Assembly: GCA_973895155.1 (NCBI GenBank)
Contig: OZ316892.1
Coordinates: forward strand, 4,300,510-4,364,509
Length of the DNA: 64,000 bases
Source: Marsupella aquatica
Lineage: Eukaryota > Plantae > Marchantiophyta
Direction: 5' to 3'
Shown here: piece by piece, positions 11,632 to 26,200 of the stretch
Layout of the letters: each line of letters opens with the position of its first letter
Numbering within the stretch: the stretch's first letter is position 1
Notes under the pieces: model-generated
What the model saw: the letters and a program-made list of their open reading frames with translations, nothing else
Databases searched by the model: none
Told to the model about the DNA's origin: nothing
Position numbers and translations under genes: made by a program

Positions 11632-14600
11632 AGAGTATTCAATTTTTCATTCTTCACATGTACTTATATGCTATGGATCTTTCACGAGTTTCTTCACTGG
11701 TGGTTTCTTGTTAGTGTAGCATTTGATCAAGTCTCTCTCATGTTCCACGTTTGTTGTCCAGTATGAGCCACGGATTTCTTACAGTTAGCCTAACCATGGT
11801 CACAATATATATATTTATTCTATGCATTTGAACAAAGGCCTAAGAGATATCATTGTGAAAGAATATTTTACAACTTTCAGAGCTATGGATGACTGCATAT
11901 AAGATATCTAGTCCTCCTTGAGAGTCGTGGACTTGACTACCCTACCACTTAGCCTCGGCGTTGCTGACTCCAAAGTCAAGCTCCTCTATGGTCCAGGCCT
12001 CCAGAACAACCATCTGGTGGGGACTAAGTGTGGAAAGACTTGGGCGCAATGAAGCGTTGCACTAGAAAACTTAGGTAATGCGCTAAGCTGGTGATGCACA
12101 CTAAGGACTTAGAGTAGCATTGAGAGTTGATCGGGTCATGGGAAGGGCCGAGCTCAAGCTAGACCGCCCGGACCCCCAAACAGACTTTGAGTTTTGAGGG
12201 CTTGAGTGAGAGCTCTTCTTGGGCCCAAGGCCAAAGTAGTTTACTTCATGCACAACAGACGAGTGGCGCATGAGATATAGCGCAGTGTAGGCCTCCGAGA
12301 CCTTTGACTAACAATGGAATTTTAGGGCCCAAGCATGAGCATTGTGTCAACCCAATGACAATGGGCTAAGGCACTTTACTTACAATTATCCAAATATTAA
12401 CTAGAAAGTTGTGGGCATAGCAAGTTAGTTGCGTGCCCATGTGACAGTGTTGGAGTCCAGGTCAAGGGCCAAAAGATAGGGGACCAAAGTTGGTTCAGGG
12501 TCACCGGTCTCCATAAGCATATATGAGGGGAGTTTTGTATCCCTAGAGGGCTAGGGGCAAGCCCAAGTCGTGAAGTGCAACCATTGCGCTATTAAGGGGA
12601 AACGCAAAATGGAAATGACAATAACTTCTCAATGGGAAGTAAGTTGGAGGACTTATTGGATGCATTGAGAAGCCCTCAAGGTGGACTACATCCTCCTAGT
12701 TACATCTAGGTTTGGGAGTGCCTTTGGTTCTTGAGGTTTTTGGGGGACATGATAGCAACCAAACCGTGTGCAATTTCCCATGATTGGAAGCTTGCGTTGG
12801 AGAGGAAATGCAGAGTAGGCATGGGTATTGAGGTCCAAGTGCACTCAACCCTTGACTCTCAATCAAGTGGGAGCCTTAGAGATGGTTGCTAGAGTCGGGC
12901 AAACTGGTCCCGACGTTTGAGACAAGCTTGGGATAACCCTTGGGCAAGCTAGCTATTTGGGGCCCAATGGACATGTCCTTAAGGCAAGCCGTTCAGCCAA
13001 TGAAAATAGAATTCAGGAAGCTTGGGTGGCACCGGCTAGAGGGGTTGTTTTGCACAAGCAGTGGGTGCCGACCTTAGCTTTAGCTATGGCAAGGCCACAA
13101 GGGCCTGGGAAGTTATATTCATTGACCTACTTACTAACTACTGGTAAGCTTGAGGCAAGACAATGGTCTTGGGAATCCTAGATCATAATGGGATACTTAC
13201 CAATGTGTGTGGTTGCTTGTGCAAACATGATGACCGTTGAGCAATGGTTGTGTTAGGGATCAAGTGTGGCTTCGTATGGGAGTTGCCGTTGGGGTGCTAG
13301 AGGCACCGAGTTGCTTACTCAAAGAGTTCCATGTAGGCGTTTGGGCACCAAGGGTACTTAGACAAGAATACTAGGATTGGTGAGGGTGCTGGGTGGCTAG
13401 GTCCCCCACTTTGAGGGAGAAACGCAAACTAGTGAAGCTTACTTACTTCTCTAACCCAAGGTCCTTACTTTTTTTCTTTACATCTATCATGTGCAAATAA
13501 GTATATGGATTTTCTAAAGGACTTTTAAATTTTTGTGGAAGAACATTAGTGATGTTTTAATCCAGTTTTTGGAATTCCACGAATGTATTTTTCAGAAATT
13601 TTAATACCGTGAAAGCCCCACGGATAGGGAGGCCAAACCAGCCATTAACAATCAGTGAAAACACAAACAGACACCCCACCAGAGGGGAAGCCAGTTTTTG
13701 GAATTGTAATCATAATATGAAATTTTAAAAATAAATATAAGATCACTCCAAGAATATTCCAAAAAATTAGGGGTAATTAAAATATTCTCTTAAAAAAACT
13801 TTATTTACTTAAGTTTAGGGTATTTATCCCACAAAAAACATTGCACGTGGTATGGGACCATGGGACCCCCCTTGGAGTGAGGCCCCTGAGTTCTCTAATT
13901 GGTATATGTGGAGTCCTTGAGATAGTCTTCAGGGAAGGGTTACTCAGGTGCTCAAAAATTGAGGGGCAATTTACAAGAAGGCCGGATAGGCATCGTCCTC
14001 CTTGAAGAAATTAGTCTCCAAAGTTCATTCAACATGCCCAGGCTACATTCTCGTTAGAAAAATGTTGTGGCAAGTCTCATCCAGGTAACGTGCAAGCCTT
14101 CAAGGCACTGCCTGGTTTAGGCTATTTTCTACCATATGCCACCCTCCTTAGGCATTGAATTTTTTCCTTAGGCATTGAATTTTTCTGATGTTTTTGTTTG
14201 TTAACCGGTGAATTGCTATGGGAAATTGGTAGCACAATTGACTGCTAGTTCTTGTTTCTTGTAAATGCCCCTAAGTTCTACACAATCTTCGGGGCTAGTA
14301 CGGTGACTAATCATGGACTCCCATGAGCAGTGCTTCGCAAATTTCATCTGATCTCATCCATCCATCTCAGAAATTTAATGGCTTACTCGTGTCGTTATAT
14401 TTTCCTTTTGTTGGTTGTTGTTAAGGGTATTTGTTACGGTTCATGAGCCTAACCATTTTTCTAGCCTCAAGTAAAACATGTATACACTATTGTGTGTGTG
14501 TTGCCACAAACATAGATGTCCTTGTTTGTGACCAAAAACTTTGATGTGGCTACGCATGGTTGATTATTAGCTGTGACTATGTGCACATTGAATTGATGGT

Positions 14601-15682
14601 ACTTTCAGGGGTACTTTGAGTTTTGTCAAATGTTCTTCTTTAGTTTTCATGGTGTTGTTTATATGTTACTGTGGTAAGTCACCAATGCTAAGTACTTGCA
14701 TCAATAGAGTTTTCAGCCATAACTTTGTTGTCTAGAGTTACTTGGGCTGAGATTTTTGATGTTGTTGCATTGCTTGGGGACCTACTCACTCAAATAATTT
14801 AAGAAAATGAATTTCCCAAACTTTCCAACAACACTCATCAAACAAATCAAATGAAAGAGAATAGAAAAAGAAAAGGTGTGGGGAAAGGGGGATGGAAAAA
14901 TGAAACAAAATGCCCCAAATTGATAAAATGATACAAGGGATTCATTTGTACCCACACTGAATGGCATCAGATCACAAAGTGAAAGGCTGTTTAAGAAGCA
15001 AATATTAACAAGCACCTTGCTTGTGCCAAGTATAGACGCCACTATGAGTTAATAGAGCAAGATTGTGTGGCCGCATGGCTTGCATCAGCTCCAATCGCAG
15101 GATGAGTGCTTTACTGGTGGATTATGGCCCATGGTGGGCATTTGATCCTCCATGAATGCACGATTCTTGATTTTCCGGCTCTTAGTTTAGGTTTGAATTC
15201 TTTGTATTTGCTCGTGCATAAATAGTTAATCCTCTCTTTGGATTTTTGCTGGTGTTCCAGTGCTCAGATTCCACTTCTTTTGCTGGTTCTCTTCCTCTTC
15301 ATTTGGCTGAGTTGGCCCTCTTATTTGCTATAGTTGCATACTGTAGTTGTTTTCTTTGTTGTTGGGCATTGGGCCTCTTTGCACCTTTAGTTGATCCATG
15401 TTTCCTTAACCCTCTTGACTGAATGTGTTTGGTCTCCAAGTGGTTTTTGGCTTATGACAGCTTATGGTCCAGCCTGTTTTTATTGGGTTTACTTGTCACT
15501 GAAATAAAATACTCCTTTTAAGATTAAAAAATAAATGAATGATCAGTGGGTCAGATAACAGATAAGAAAATAAAGATTTTGAGTGTAACTTATTCACGAG
15601 CCATTTATTATAAGGTTTGTTAATAAATGTAATCTTTAAAGAGCAAACTTCACCTCATTGTATTGTAATGGTGGCTAATATA

Positions 15683-15943
15683 TATATATAATATTCATAA
15701 TTCATTAAAAGTCATACTCACCCCATGCCAAGCAGGATCTCATTATCAAAATAAATTGTGAGGGAGATTAGTATTGAAGCGCAATTTTTGGGGCAAGTCA
15801 ACAAAATTAATTTATATATATAATATTAATAATTCATTAAAAGTCATACTCACCCGATGTCAAGTAGGGTCCACTAATTCATTATTGAAATAGGTTGCGA
15901 GGGAGATCAGTATTTAGGCGCAATTTTTGGGGCAAGTCAACAA
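15683..15943. repeat. direct duplication of about 135 bp
   Basis: tatatataat...aattcattaaaagtcatactcaccc...gagggagat.agtatt...gcgcaatttttggggcaagtcaacaa occurs twice. Confidence 0.8.
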
Positions 15944-17480
15944 TTATTGAAACAGTTTGGACTTTGGGGAGACAGATTAGTACAATAATTAGTGTCAATA
16001 AAACATGGGTTTTCCCAAGTCCCGTACTATGATCAATTGAATCAGTCTCTGAGCTCTGGTCAGAACTCAAGCTCCTCGGATTCGTTTGCTCAATGATCGA
16101 TTTGCTGCAGTACATTGGAGCTCACTAATGCGTAATTGGGATGGCGTCAATGTTTGGGAGCAGCAGGGATGAAATGCATCGTGCCCTCATGGTCGAAAGT
16201 TCAAAACTATGTCATTGGATTACTTGATTCTTTCGATGTCGTCTGGTTGTGACCTCAGATTGATGGCATAGTTTGCGCGCAGATTTTCTAATTTACACAC
16301 AGATATAAAAATCAACCTCTGTTGCTTCAAAGCTTCGCGATATCTTGTGCAGTAATGGGGCGCTGGTTTCGGTTGAGTTTTGATGACATTGTTTTCGTGC
16401 GGATTGGGTTGGATTGGATTGCATGATTTGCACAGTAGTGATACTGGAAAATGCTGGTTCTGGTCGCTGTCGTCGGGGTTGGTACGGGGATAGCTGCTGC
16501 TGCTGCAACTTACTGCCATTCTCGCCGTTGCAGAGTTCGGCCCTATCGTGCAGACGGTTCAGACTCGATTCGATGCTTCGCCAGTGTCGCAGGTTTTGCC
16601 CCGGTGCCCCTCGGATTGGTGGTGCTCGGTTTAGATGATGGACAGATTTGCATAATCTTGAGCTTAGGCTGGTGGTCGACTTGCTCTGAGGAATTGATGT
16701 GGTCGTTTTGGAGCCCGCATTGTTTTAACAGAGGATTAGTGTGGATGGCTCGTTTCGGGGAAAGCTTCGGACGATAGCGGGACGATAGCGGGCTCGAAGG
16801 ATCTCGAGTAAATTTATTCGACGTACTTGTTCCTTTTCCTTGAGCAAGCTGAGTTGATGATTTCGCCACAATTATGAGCTTCTGGATATCTGGGCCTTTG
16901 CTTTCTCTGTGTCTCTCTCTGTGTCACAGTGCGTGTGTTCGGGATTTATGTTTCGATGATTGTGGACGCCTCATAGACTTCGTTTCCCCTATGCTTACTG
17001 GGAAAGGCCGCACCGTGGGTAGAGGAAAGTGTTGGGAGCTACACTTCATGCTGTCGTCATTTGCAGGTTGTCTGGCATTGCGACAGAATTGATCCTCCGC
17101 TTCTGCCCTAGCTCCGACGATTCGACATTTCCAAGTTTACCGTGTTCAGTCCATGTCAGTTTTACTTGACTCGATGAAAACATCATTTCTCGCAGGCCAG
17201 CCTCTGTCATAGTACAGTGTGAAGTATACTATGTGAATCTAATCCAGAATTTCATGAAGAGGCCTTTACTCGGATTCACGCTGTACTACGACAACGAGGG
17301 AGGTAGTAATGTGACCGCTACTGTGTAATATTCATCAAGGAGAATTCTATAAATACATGTCTTTCAGAAATGTGAAGGCTTCTGCGTGATCTTCTCAGGA
17401 ACCACGTCTTCCCTTGGGGTACACCACTGCACCTCCAATCAAGGAGACTGCGGCCTTTCAGACGGCGAAAGGGAAAAGGG

Positions 17481-19644
17481 ATGACGAACTTCCGTTTGGG
17501 CTTGCCAAGGAGGATCTTTCTACTGACAGCACACAAGCATCGATTCCTGTTTATCTCCGTTCTTATGCTTCTCTTTATCGTAACCATCTTCTCCCAGCTC
17601 AGAAAATATATTGGCACAAGCACGTTCCAAGCTTCTCTGCCCGAGCCACAATTGCCTGGCTCTTGTGAAGGACGATGGATCTACATTTACGACCTTGATC
17701 CTGAATTCAACCGAGAGTTTGTGCAGAATTGCTCGACTTTTAGGAAGAATGTGGACATGTGCCCCTACACGGAGAATGGTGGAATGGGGAAGAGTTTTGC
17801 TTATGAGCAGAATGTCTTTTCCGAAGGAGTGTGGTACAACACATGGCAATTTAGTCTGGAGATGTACTTCCATGAGCGATTACTGCGCTATCCCTGCCTC
17901 GCACCAACTGAGGAGTCTGCGAATGCATATTATGTGCCGTTCTATGCGGGAATGGACTTGACGAATCACGTGTCTCATCCATCTTTGAAGAAGTACCTGG
18001 AGAAGACTCACATGGAGCTTTTGGATTGGCTCAGGCATCAGTACTTCTTCCTAAGGAATGGTGGGTTTGACCACTTCATCACTCTGGGGCACATTGCCTT
18101 AGACTTCAGGAGATCCAAGGGTGACACCTCGGGTTCTCGAGTAAGTCCTTCTCTTTCTTCAGATCCTGCTGTGCGATGGGTTCCTGGACTCGGTAGTTTT
18201 GTATATGTTGCGGAATTGGTACCAATGGACCTTGGATTCTTGCATACATTCACTACTCGTGCTCTCTCTCCATTTATTCAATTGATCCAATTGTCTGGTA
18301 GTTTTCTCTCTTACTATATTCAAGCCAATTCTCTGGCTGGTCTGCCTTACTATTCTATACTCTGGGTATTCTTGTTCACTGTAAGAACCTTAAGCTCATC
18401 CCAATGAGTCTGTGTTGATTGTTGACCCTCCCGAGTACCAATTTACTTCAAAATCATTCGTGAGAGTAGTTGTACATTATTGGTCTCATGACCTTATGGG
18501 GGCCGTGCAGGCAACGAACTGTTTCGTTGGTCCGTCAAGTCACTGAATTCTGTGTGCAATTCGTCTCCTATATCTGCTCCCCTTTTTTGCGGTTGTTGGC
18601 ATGGCTCTTGAAAGTTCTTGCTGGTTGTATTTTCCTTGGACCTAATAAATTGAATTCAGTGATTCGTTCCTTGTCTTTTACATCGGCATTGCCGCGTTAG
18701 AACAGGGGCAATTTCCTGTTTGTCACTTTACTATCCATAGTTATTCGTTAATTATCTATGGAAATGGCTCATCCGCGAAGTACATTTGTCTAGCTGACGG
18801 AGTATCATCTCCATTGTAATATTTGCAGATGTTGCTGCAACCAGACTTTCAGAACATGGTGAAGCTCACCGTTGAGCGCGAGGGCAGCACACCAATGTAC
18901 TCTAACAATGAGATTGCTATCCCTTACCCATCCTACTTTCATCCTCGTGACATCTCAGACATCGAATCTTTAATCAAGTGGTCAGCCCGGGAATCTCAAC
19001 GCTCGGTACTCGTAAGTATAGCTGGACTTAGACGAAAACAAGGACAGGGTGGCCTAAAGGAGAAACTCATGAAGGATTGCGAGCAGGATGATCGATGCAC
19101 TGTCCTCATATGTCAGGGCCACGAAGGTGTTAATCAATCTGATTTGAGCACACGCTCGTACAGCTTTCTACCAATTTCCGGACACTCCCTTCAAGAATCA
19201 TGCAGCTTTCCTTCGATACTGCTTGACGTTTTCCACAGATCAGTGTTCTGCTTGCAACCCCCCGGAGAAAGTCCATCCCGCCGGTCATTCATCGACTCGC
19301 TGATTGCCGGCTGTATTCCGGTGATCTTCCAACGCAACTCAGCTTGGTCCCAGTATACCTCATTTCTACCTGAGGATGGAGACGCCTACTCGTTGTTCAT
19401 TCCAGTTCCTGAAGTCCGCACGAAGAACGTTGTCCAAATACTCGGCAAGATTTCCAAAAGAAAGATTGCATCCATGAGAGCACAGATTCAGCAGCTCCTT
19501 CCAAGAATTCTGTATGCACATGTTGACCGCACATACCCTCTTAATGACCTTTCTGATGGAAGTGCCTTGACAAAACCGGATGCTTTTGACATCGCATTGC
19601 ACGAAGTGCTGTCGTTGGTGAGGAAAAACGTGGAACAGGCTTAG
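17481..19644 (+). CDS. GT47 exostosin-family glycosyltransferase, MUR3/KATAMARI1-like (xyloglucan galactosyltransferase clade); exons 17481-18140 and 18829-19644
   Basis: N-terminal type II TM anchor; CEGRWIYIYDL, WYNTWQFSLEMYFHERL, YVPFYAG, GGFDHF, AIPYPSYFHP, SVFCLQPPGESPSRRSFIDSLIAGCIPV motifs; phase-0 intron cga|gtaagt...ttgcag|atg joins the two ORFs in frame. Confidence 0.92.
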
Positions 19645-20202
19645 CTGGCCACTTACATTGGGAACCGGTTTCATTTTTTCAATGCCCATGTTCAGTAGAA
19701 CTCGTAGCCATAAAGATAGGTTCATGGCTCAAAATTGAGGATCTTGAATCGATGAGAGATACATGGTTATCAATTACTTCGAAAAGGCCAGTGGACTCCT
19801 CAGAGATCTAGAGGAATGGATTTCTTATAGGTTTATCAGTCGAGCCTGAACATGCAATCCAATGTATCCACTCCGAAACCAGTACAGTTGTCAACAATCT
19901 CTTCTACACCGTCGTTTGTGAAAATGGCTCCAGCAGTACTCATCAGAGCCCTGTGAATCTTCTTTATTACGTTCTTTTGACCCTGCAACATAATTATATA
20001 GAAGTCTCATAAGTTCACGGATGCTGTTGCGATTGATTGTAACTGAAAAACATAGACAACACTCTTGAAGATCTCAATTATGATTTCACAGCTTTAGGAT
20101 TGATTATATCAAACAAGCCTAAGAATCTGTGTTTGAATTGGATGACAACTGCTCTTTCACAAAAAATCTACAATAAGATGATCATATTTATGTATGTTCA
20201 GC

Positions 20203-23200
20203 TCAAAACAGGGGAATTGGGGAAACCATAGAGCTCGAGATTTGTGAAAAATTACAAACCTGGAACTGAGAGAACTTGCAGTCTGGGGCCAAGATATCGG
20301 TTGTTGCATAGTCCTCGGCTCTGCCATCAACGAAGATGGTGGATGCCCTTTGATGCCCTTTCTTGTGCCTGGCTTCGTGGAGCTTCTTGTATGTCTGTTT
20401 AGTTTCTTGATAGGTTTGACCTGTATTCACAGTATTTTATCGACTTCATGATTTAAGAATCCATCTATCCATCCAGTTGCATCAAATTGCAGATTAGTTC
20501 ACGTACTGGAGTTTCTACAGCCTGTAAATCAATATTTAGTGTGCAACTCTACAACTTAATATTTTCAAACAATCATCAATCATTTTCCTGGTGGATGATG
20601 TCCCTGAGTTATCTCGCAGACTTAGCTCGGACAAGTCAACTTTAGTGCCACAAATGAAAGCTCACATACCAAGTACTCCATGAACTTGTGGAGTTGTTTT
20701 CAGTTGATCAATCTTGAAGTTGACCTGTCGTTCGCCATCATTTACAAAAGACCAGATTAGCTTGGCATAGTAATATATTAGCATAGTAAGATGTTCACTC
20801 TAGTCCAAGTCATATCTATGTTGCAATAATTGTGCGTGTCATTATTGCAAGATAACACACAGAAATATAGATCATGGTAGTTGTCAATAGCAGAATTGCC
20901 TTTCTTGCTTACAGCATAGCAGAAATTCGCAAGCAGAACAAAAACAAAAGCTAAGGAAAATCAAGCCTTGCCGCCGCACAGAACTCAAGATGGAAACGAT
21001 TTGTTACATAGTTTTGGCCCGATCCACGTGGTGTGAATGTTGGTGGGCGAATAGTTATGTTCATGTCGAGCTCTCCCAAGACTTGGATATGAGCTCCATT
21101 GGAACCACGGTGAACAATCAATCCGTCTGTGGTAGTGAAATCGTGATGAGGTTTCACTTCAACCTGGAAAGAACACGAACAGCCAGCCCATTAATTCTCC
21201 AAATTTTAAGTTCCATGAATTTGAAACACGAGTCATACAGATCAATACTTTACTTCAAGCTTCCTTACCAATTGCGATAACCGAACCATCAAACCAAGTT
21301 AGGATGCAGCTCAAAATGCTCTCTAACTTCCATCAAGACTAAACATGTACACTCATGGTTGTGGACTCATGAGTGTGTCCATCAGTTTCAAGCTGGGGAA
21401 AACAGAGTATGGCAAGATAATTGATTGCATTGCAACTACATGAGATAATGTCTGGAGCTTACTGTTCACACACTAATTCGTTGCAGAGAATTTATTCAAC
21501 TTACATTGTTCACCAAGAGTTTCCACTGATGTTTGAAAGCAGAAGCATTAGAGTTAGCATGAGCATCGACGAGGACGTAAGACTCCTTGTACAGCACACC
21601 AATTTGGGAAATGAACTGCATAATTGGAAAAGCAAGGGACAGTCAGATAATTTCTCAAGGTCATGCTCGAACTGAACACTGTGAATTCAAATTATTAGTT
21701 TCCGATCCAAATTTGGCTTCTCCAGTAGATCTACAGTAGATCACCTCAATCACTTACAAATGAAGATGCATTCAATTTGTTCTCTTTCGTCAATTACCTC
21801 AACAAAGGAATGAAACCAAAGCTGAAGATTCTACAAGTTGGTACTACTCTAGTAGTTACTACACATTATGAAAGTACAATTCTAATTAGAAAATCATCGC
21901 TGAATACAGCAATACTTATTTCGGCCTGCGCCACTGTAGTAATGAACTCAAAACGCATGAGAAATGATTTGGATTTGAGATTCGGTTGCTTAGGCTCACC
22001 GTAGTTCCCTTGTGAATGCCTGGAAAGACATGCATATTGACATGCACATTCTTGTCGGAGACAACACAGTAGTTGGTATTCTTTTGTCCTTGGAAGACAA
22101 ATCGCTCTCCATGCTTCCCGAGGAAGTGAGGGTCACCCTTGATACTTCCCTTCTTGGTGGGTGGAGGGCACATTGAGCAATCAGGCATTGGTGGTGGGGG
22201 CGATAGCATGGGTGGAGGTGGTGGAGAGAGTGGGGGTGGTGGAGACAAGGGAGCTGGTGGAGGGGGTGTTGTCCAAGGTGGTGGTGGAGAATCCCATGTG
22301 GGTGGTGGTGGTGACCAAACAGGAGGGGGAGGGGACCACACTGGTGGGGGTGGGCTCCATATGTCTGTTGGGGGCGGAGGGGACCAAGCTGGGGGTGGAG
22401 GTGACCACGTTGGCGGGGGAGGGGTCCATGGTGTTGGTGGAGGTGGAGACCAAGTTGGGGGAGGAGGGGACCAAACTGGTGGTGGAGGAGAGCTTGGTGG
22501 TGGTGGAGGAGGAGATGATGGGGGTGGTGGTGATGCAGGAGGCGGTGGAGAAGGGGGTGGTGGAGATGCTGGTGGAGGAGGTGAACCTGGTGGAGGAGGA
22601 GGACTAGCTGGAGCTGGCGGAGGTGGAGGAGACCAAGTTGGAGGCGGGGGTGACCACAATGGAGGGGGGCTAGGGGGTGGAGGAGGACTAGGCGGTGGAG
22701 AAGGTGGTGGAGGTGATGCTGGTGGTGGAGGTGGAGATGGCGGAGGTGGAGAAGGGGAGGGAGGAGGGGGGCTGGGGGGAGGGGGGGAGGGTGGTGGAGG
22801 AGACCACATGGGTGGACTTGGTGGAGGAGGAGATGGGCTAGGTGGGGGAGGGGGGGAGGCAAGGCATTCACTAGGTATCCAACCGCAAAGATTTCCCCCA
22901 GGCATGGGACAGCTTGGAGCAAGAGATGTTGGCCAGGGTAGATCTGACAGTGCTGACAGCTGCCATGCATGCAATATTTGAGAGTTAGAGCAAAATCATG
23001 TTATTAGACGTTGAATTGTGAGGTTTGCTAAATTAAGCTGCATGATGGGAACTAAAATCACTGCAATGGAATAACAACTGATATGAAATGATCAAGTCTC
23101 TTGACAAGCTTAATAACTAAATTCATGCAGGAGATTCTTACCCTGAACCCTGATTTATTTTTAAGTAGTTATGCACCTTTGATAAGTTATTTATTTCAAC

Positions 23201-26200
23201 TTTGAACCCACCTCCCAAGGGGACCCAGAATCAAAGCGAAGCACAATTCCAAATCTTACATCAGGATTAGATGGCCCAGTTACAGATGGTTGAAGTGATT
23301 TGGCCGGGCAGAAATTGCATGCGCTACCCATGCAATTCACCGAGTCCGACATCTGAACGTACAAGTTTTAGAACAACAATGATAGATGTAAGTAGCTTAC
23401 TGGGAACTCAGTCTATGGTCAATTCAAGCCCCAACAATCAGAATAGTCTGAACAGAGATTTGATCTGATTAATTAATTTCAAAATATAGCCCTAGTTCAT
23501 AAATTCAATTCAAATGTCCTTGGGACCTTACAGGGAATTTGCATTTAGAGAAGCTTGCATTGCCAAGTGCTCCCACATCCACAACTTGCAGATGCTGGTG
23601 ATCCAACCATGCAAACACCACAACCCACAATATATGGGTATCACCATCAATTTGATCCATAGCCTAGCTAATCATGCCTAGCTACTAAGTCCTCACAACC
23701 AATGAATTATGAATTATCTTTGCTAGCAAGATAACTCAACACTCAGATATGTTATTATCTGGAATGAATTTGGAGAACATCACTTTTCATTTAAGTGAAG
23801 TAGAGCATGTCTACCCGGGCTTAAAGTTTTTATTCAAGGACAACATACAAAAAGTGGAAACAACAGAACCCATCTTTTTCCACTTGATAATTCCACATGT
23901 CAGTTCAAGAGACCGTGTAGAGTTTGAGCTTATACCTGCATTGATGCGCCCCCTACAGTGCCAGAGAATTGGGTATCATAAGCAAATAGCCACACCCCAT
24001 GCGAGGCTGTAAGAGCTTTGTCCAAGGTTATATCTCCACCAGAATTCTGTTTAATGAGGCAAATCGCAATAATGGGGAGGATTAAGAAAAGTTATAGTGC
24101 AGGCAATGCAACTTAGACAATGAGATTGACATTCAACCAGGGCCTTTATGCATCATCAACTTTCAGCTGACTATGAATGCATAGACAAACAGCTATACCA
24201 AATAAATAAATATATATATAGTATATGTGGCTGTGTCGGACACCAGTAAAGAGTAAATTCCTTTTTGCCAAGAGGGTATATAATGACTAACTTGAAGGTC
24301 AAAGTTTTAAGAGGGGGTGGAAGAGGAGGGGCCGGGGGGGGGGGGGAGAAACTCAAGCTATATAACTAAGACTTCAATTCTATATATGCTTCCTTTTTAA
24401 ATGAAAAATTCAGTACTCTTACATAGATGTTTGTTTGTGCTCTTTAGTAGCTTGTGTGTGATTGAAATCTTCCAACGGAGAGCAAAGATTAGGAAGTGCA
24501 AACCATGGCAGCATTGTCCACAAAGTCAGAGTTCTTAATTTGTGCAGCAGCTCCTGCTGCACGCCAGCCAAGAAATATTGCTCCTCCAGCATCCTGACAA
24601 GTAAATAACCTACGGGGCATCAATATACAAGTAAACAGGGGAATGACATAGTCCTTTGACCGTTGAGCTGTGTATGCATCTCTAACTAGAATGTAATTAG
24701 AGAAGATCAGATTCAGTACCATGGCTGAGTTGTTCTCAAAGCGTGAATTTGTGACGTCTATTGTGCCACCAGGAGACATTCCATCCGAGCAGGTTGTGGA
24801 AGTATCATCAACATACACAGCACCACCCTGGTCTGCTGTATTCATGAGGAAGAGAGTATCTACTGATGAGGAGCAACTGCTGAGGCTACATCCCGGCACC
24901 ATTGCATCAGGAGGTGACATGTCCATAGGAGGAGGTGACATGGCCATTGTGGAATCTTTTATTTTGTTAATCCTTGCCGTTGTGTCCATTACCGTACTAT
25001 CGGCGGAACCAATATATATTGCACCACCACGTGGTGCCTGCACTTGCAGAAATTGGTTGACATGGTTAGGAAGTTTCATTTGGTTAATTAGCATTTTATT
25101 TAAAGTTAGAATTGTCCAATTAGTGACCATACATGTGAGCCCTTCTCTTATCCATAAAAATTCACATTTAGAGTTGTCTGTTTTGTGAGTCAGTATTGCT
25201 TTACTGATCTTTGGAACAATGTTGCTCATATTTTATGGCCTAATTGAGTGTCTAGCTGGTTCTCACAGGGAAAAGTCACTGCCTCTTGATGCAACATTGG
25301 ACTCCTCTTTCATAAAGGTAATTCTTGCTTTATGGTAACTTCCTGAACGCTGAAATGATAGAAAACATAGAGACAGATGGACTGAGGACAAAAGCCTTAC
25401 TGAGTTTGCAATGAAGACGCAACCATGGTAGTAAGCGAGTGCCCCACCCAGGACTGCTAAAGCTCCTCCAACTTCCTGTTCATTGCCCGGTTCATTGATT
25501 CAAGAATAGTTCCACCAATGTTGTTATAGTAGACATAGATTGGACACTAGTAGTTTAATCGTGTCCTTGATGAACTTCAGTTTAATATCAAAATTAAAAG
25601 CCAAATGTTGTGTGTTGTGACTTTTCAACCAGAATTGAATTATTTGAAGACCAGCTAGACCACAACTAAGGCACCTTGGAGATCATTTATCTAATAATTA
25701 AATTGGGCAGTGCAAATAGACAAAGCATGACGGCAATATTTATGAAATCAGAAAAGAACCACTGACACAATTTGCTTATATCCAGTTAGACAAGTTAAAC
25801 AAAATATTGATTTGATATATCCATGGCCTGGTAACTTCATAACTTGCTCTGGGAGAATCCTGAAACCAGGTCTATAAAGGTCTACGACCCTTGTAAAGCA
25901 ATCACTACTTACCGTTGCAGTATTATTGAAGAAGTGGACATTCAAAGCCACAAACTTTCCGCCCTGACCAGCCATTAGTGCTCCGGATCCAGATACCAGA
26001 ACAGCACCTCCTTGAGTGCAAAGTCCATTTCTCAGATTGATGTCTTTTAGAGTCAGGTACCCAGTCAACCCAATTTGGAAGATGTTCCCTTGTCCCCCAG
26101 CATCAAGCCGGCATAGCATGTCCATGCAATTCCCCATTATTGTGACTTTTTGCATAATGCCTGGTAATGGTACTGAGTCTGCAACATTACAAAGCAGAGA

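Noticed and set aside
18141-18407. Hydrophobic C-terminus of the 308-aa ORF
   Set aside because: Read-through into the GT47 intron; homology resumes at 18829
22139-22981. Glycine-rich 280-aa ORF on + (and the His/Leu-rich alternative frame on -)
   Set aside because: Shadow frames of the Ser-Pro exon; only the Pro frame continues into the Root_cap domain with valid splice sites
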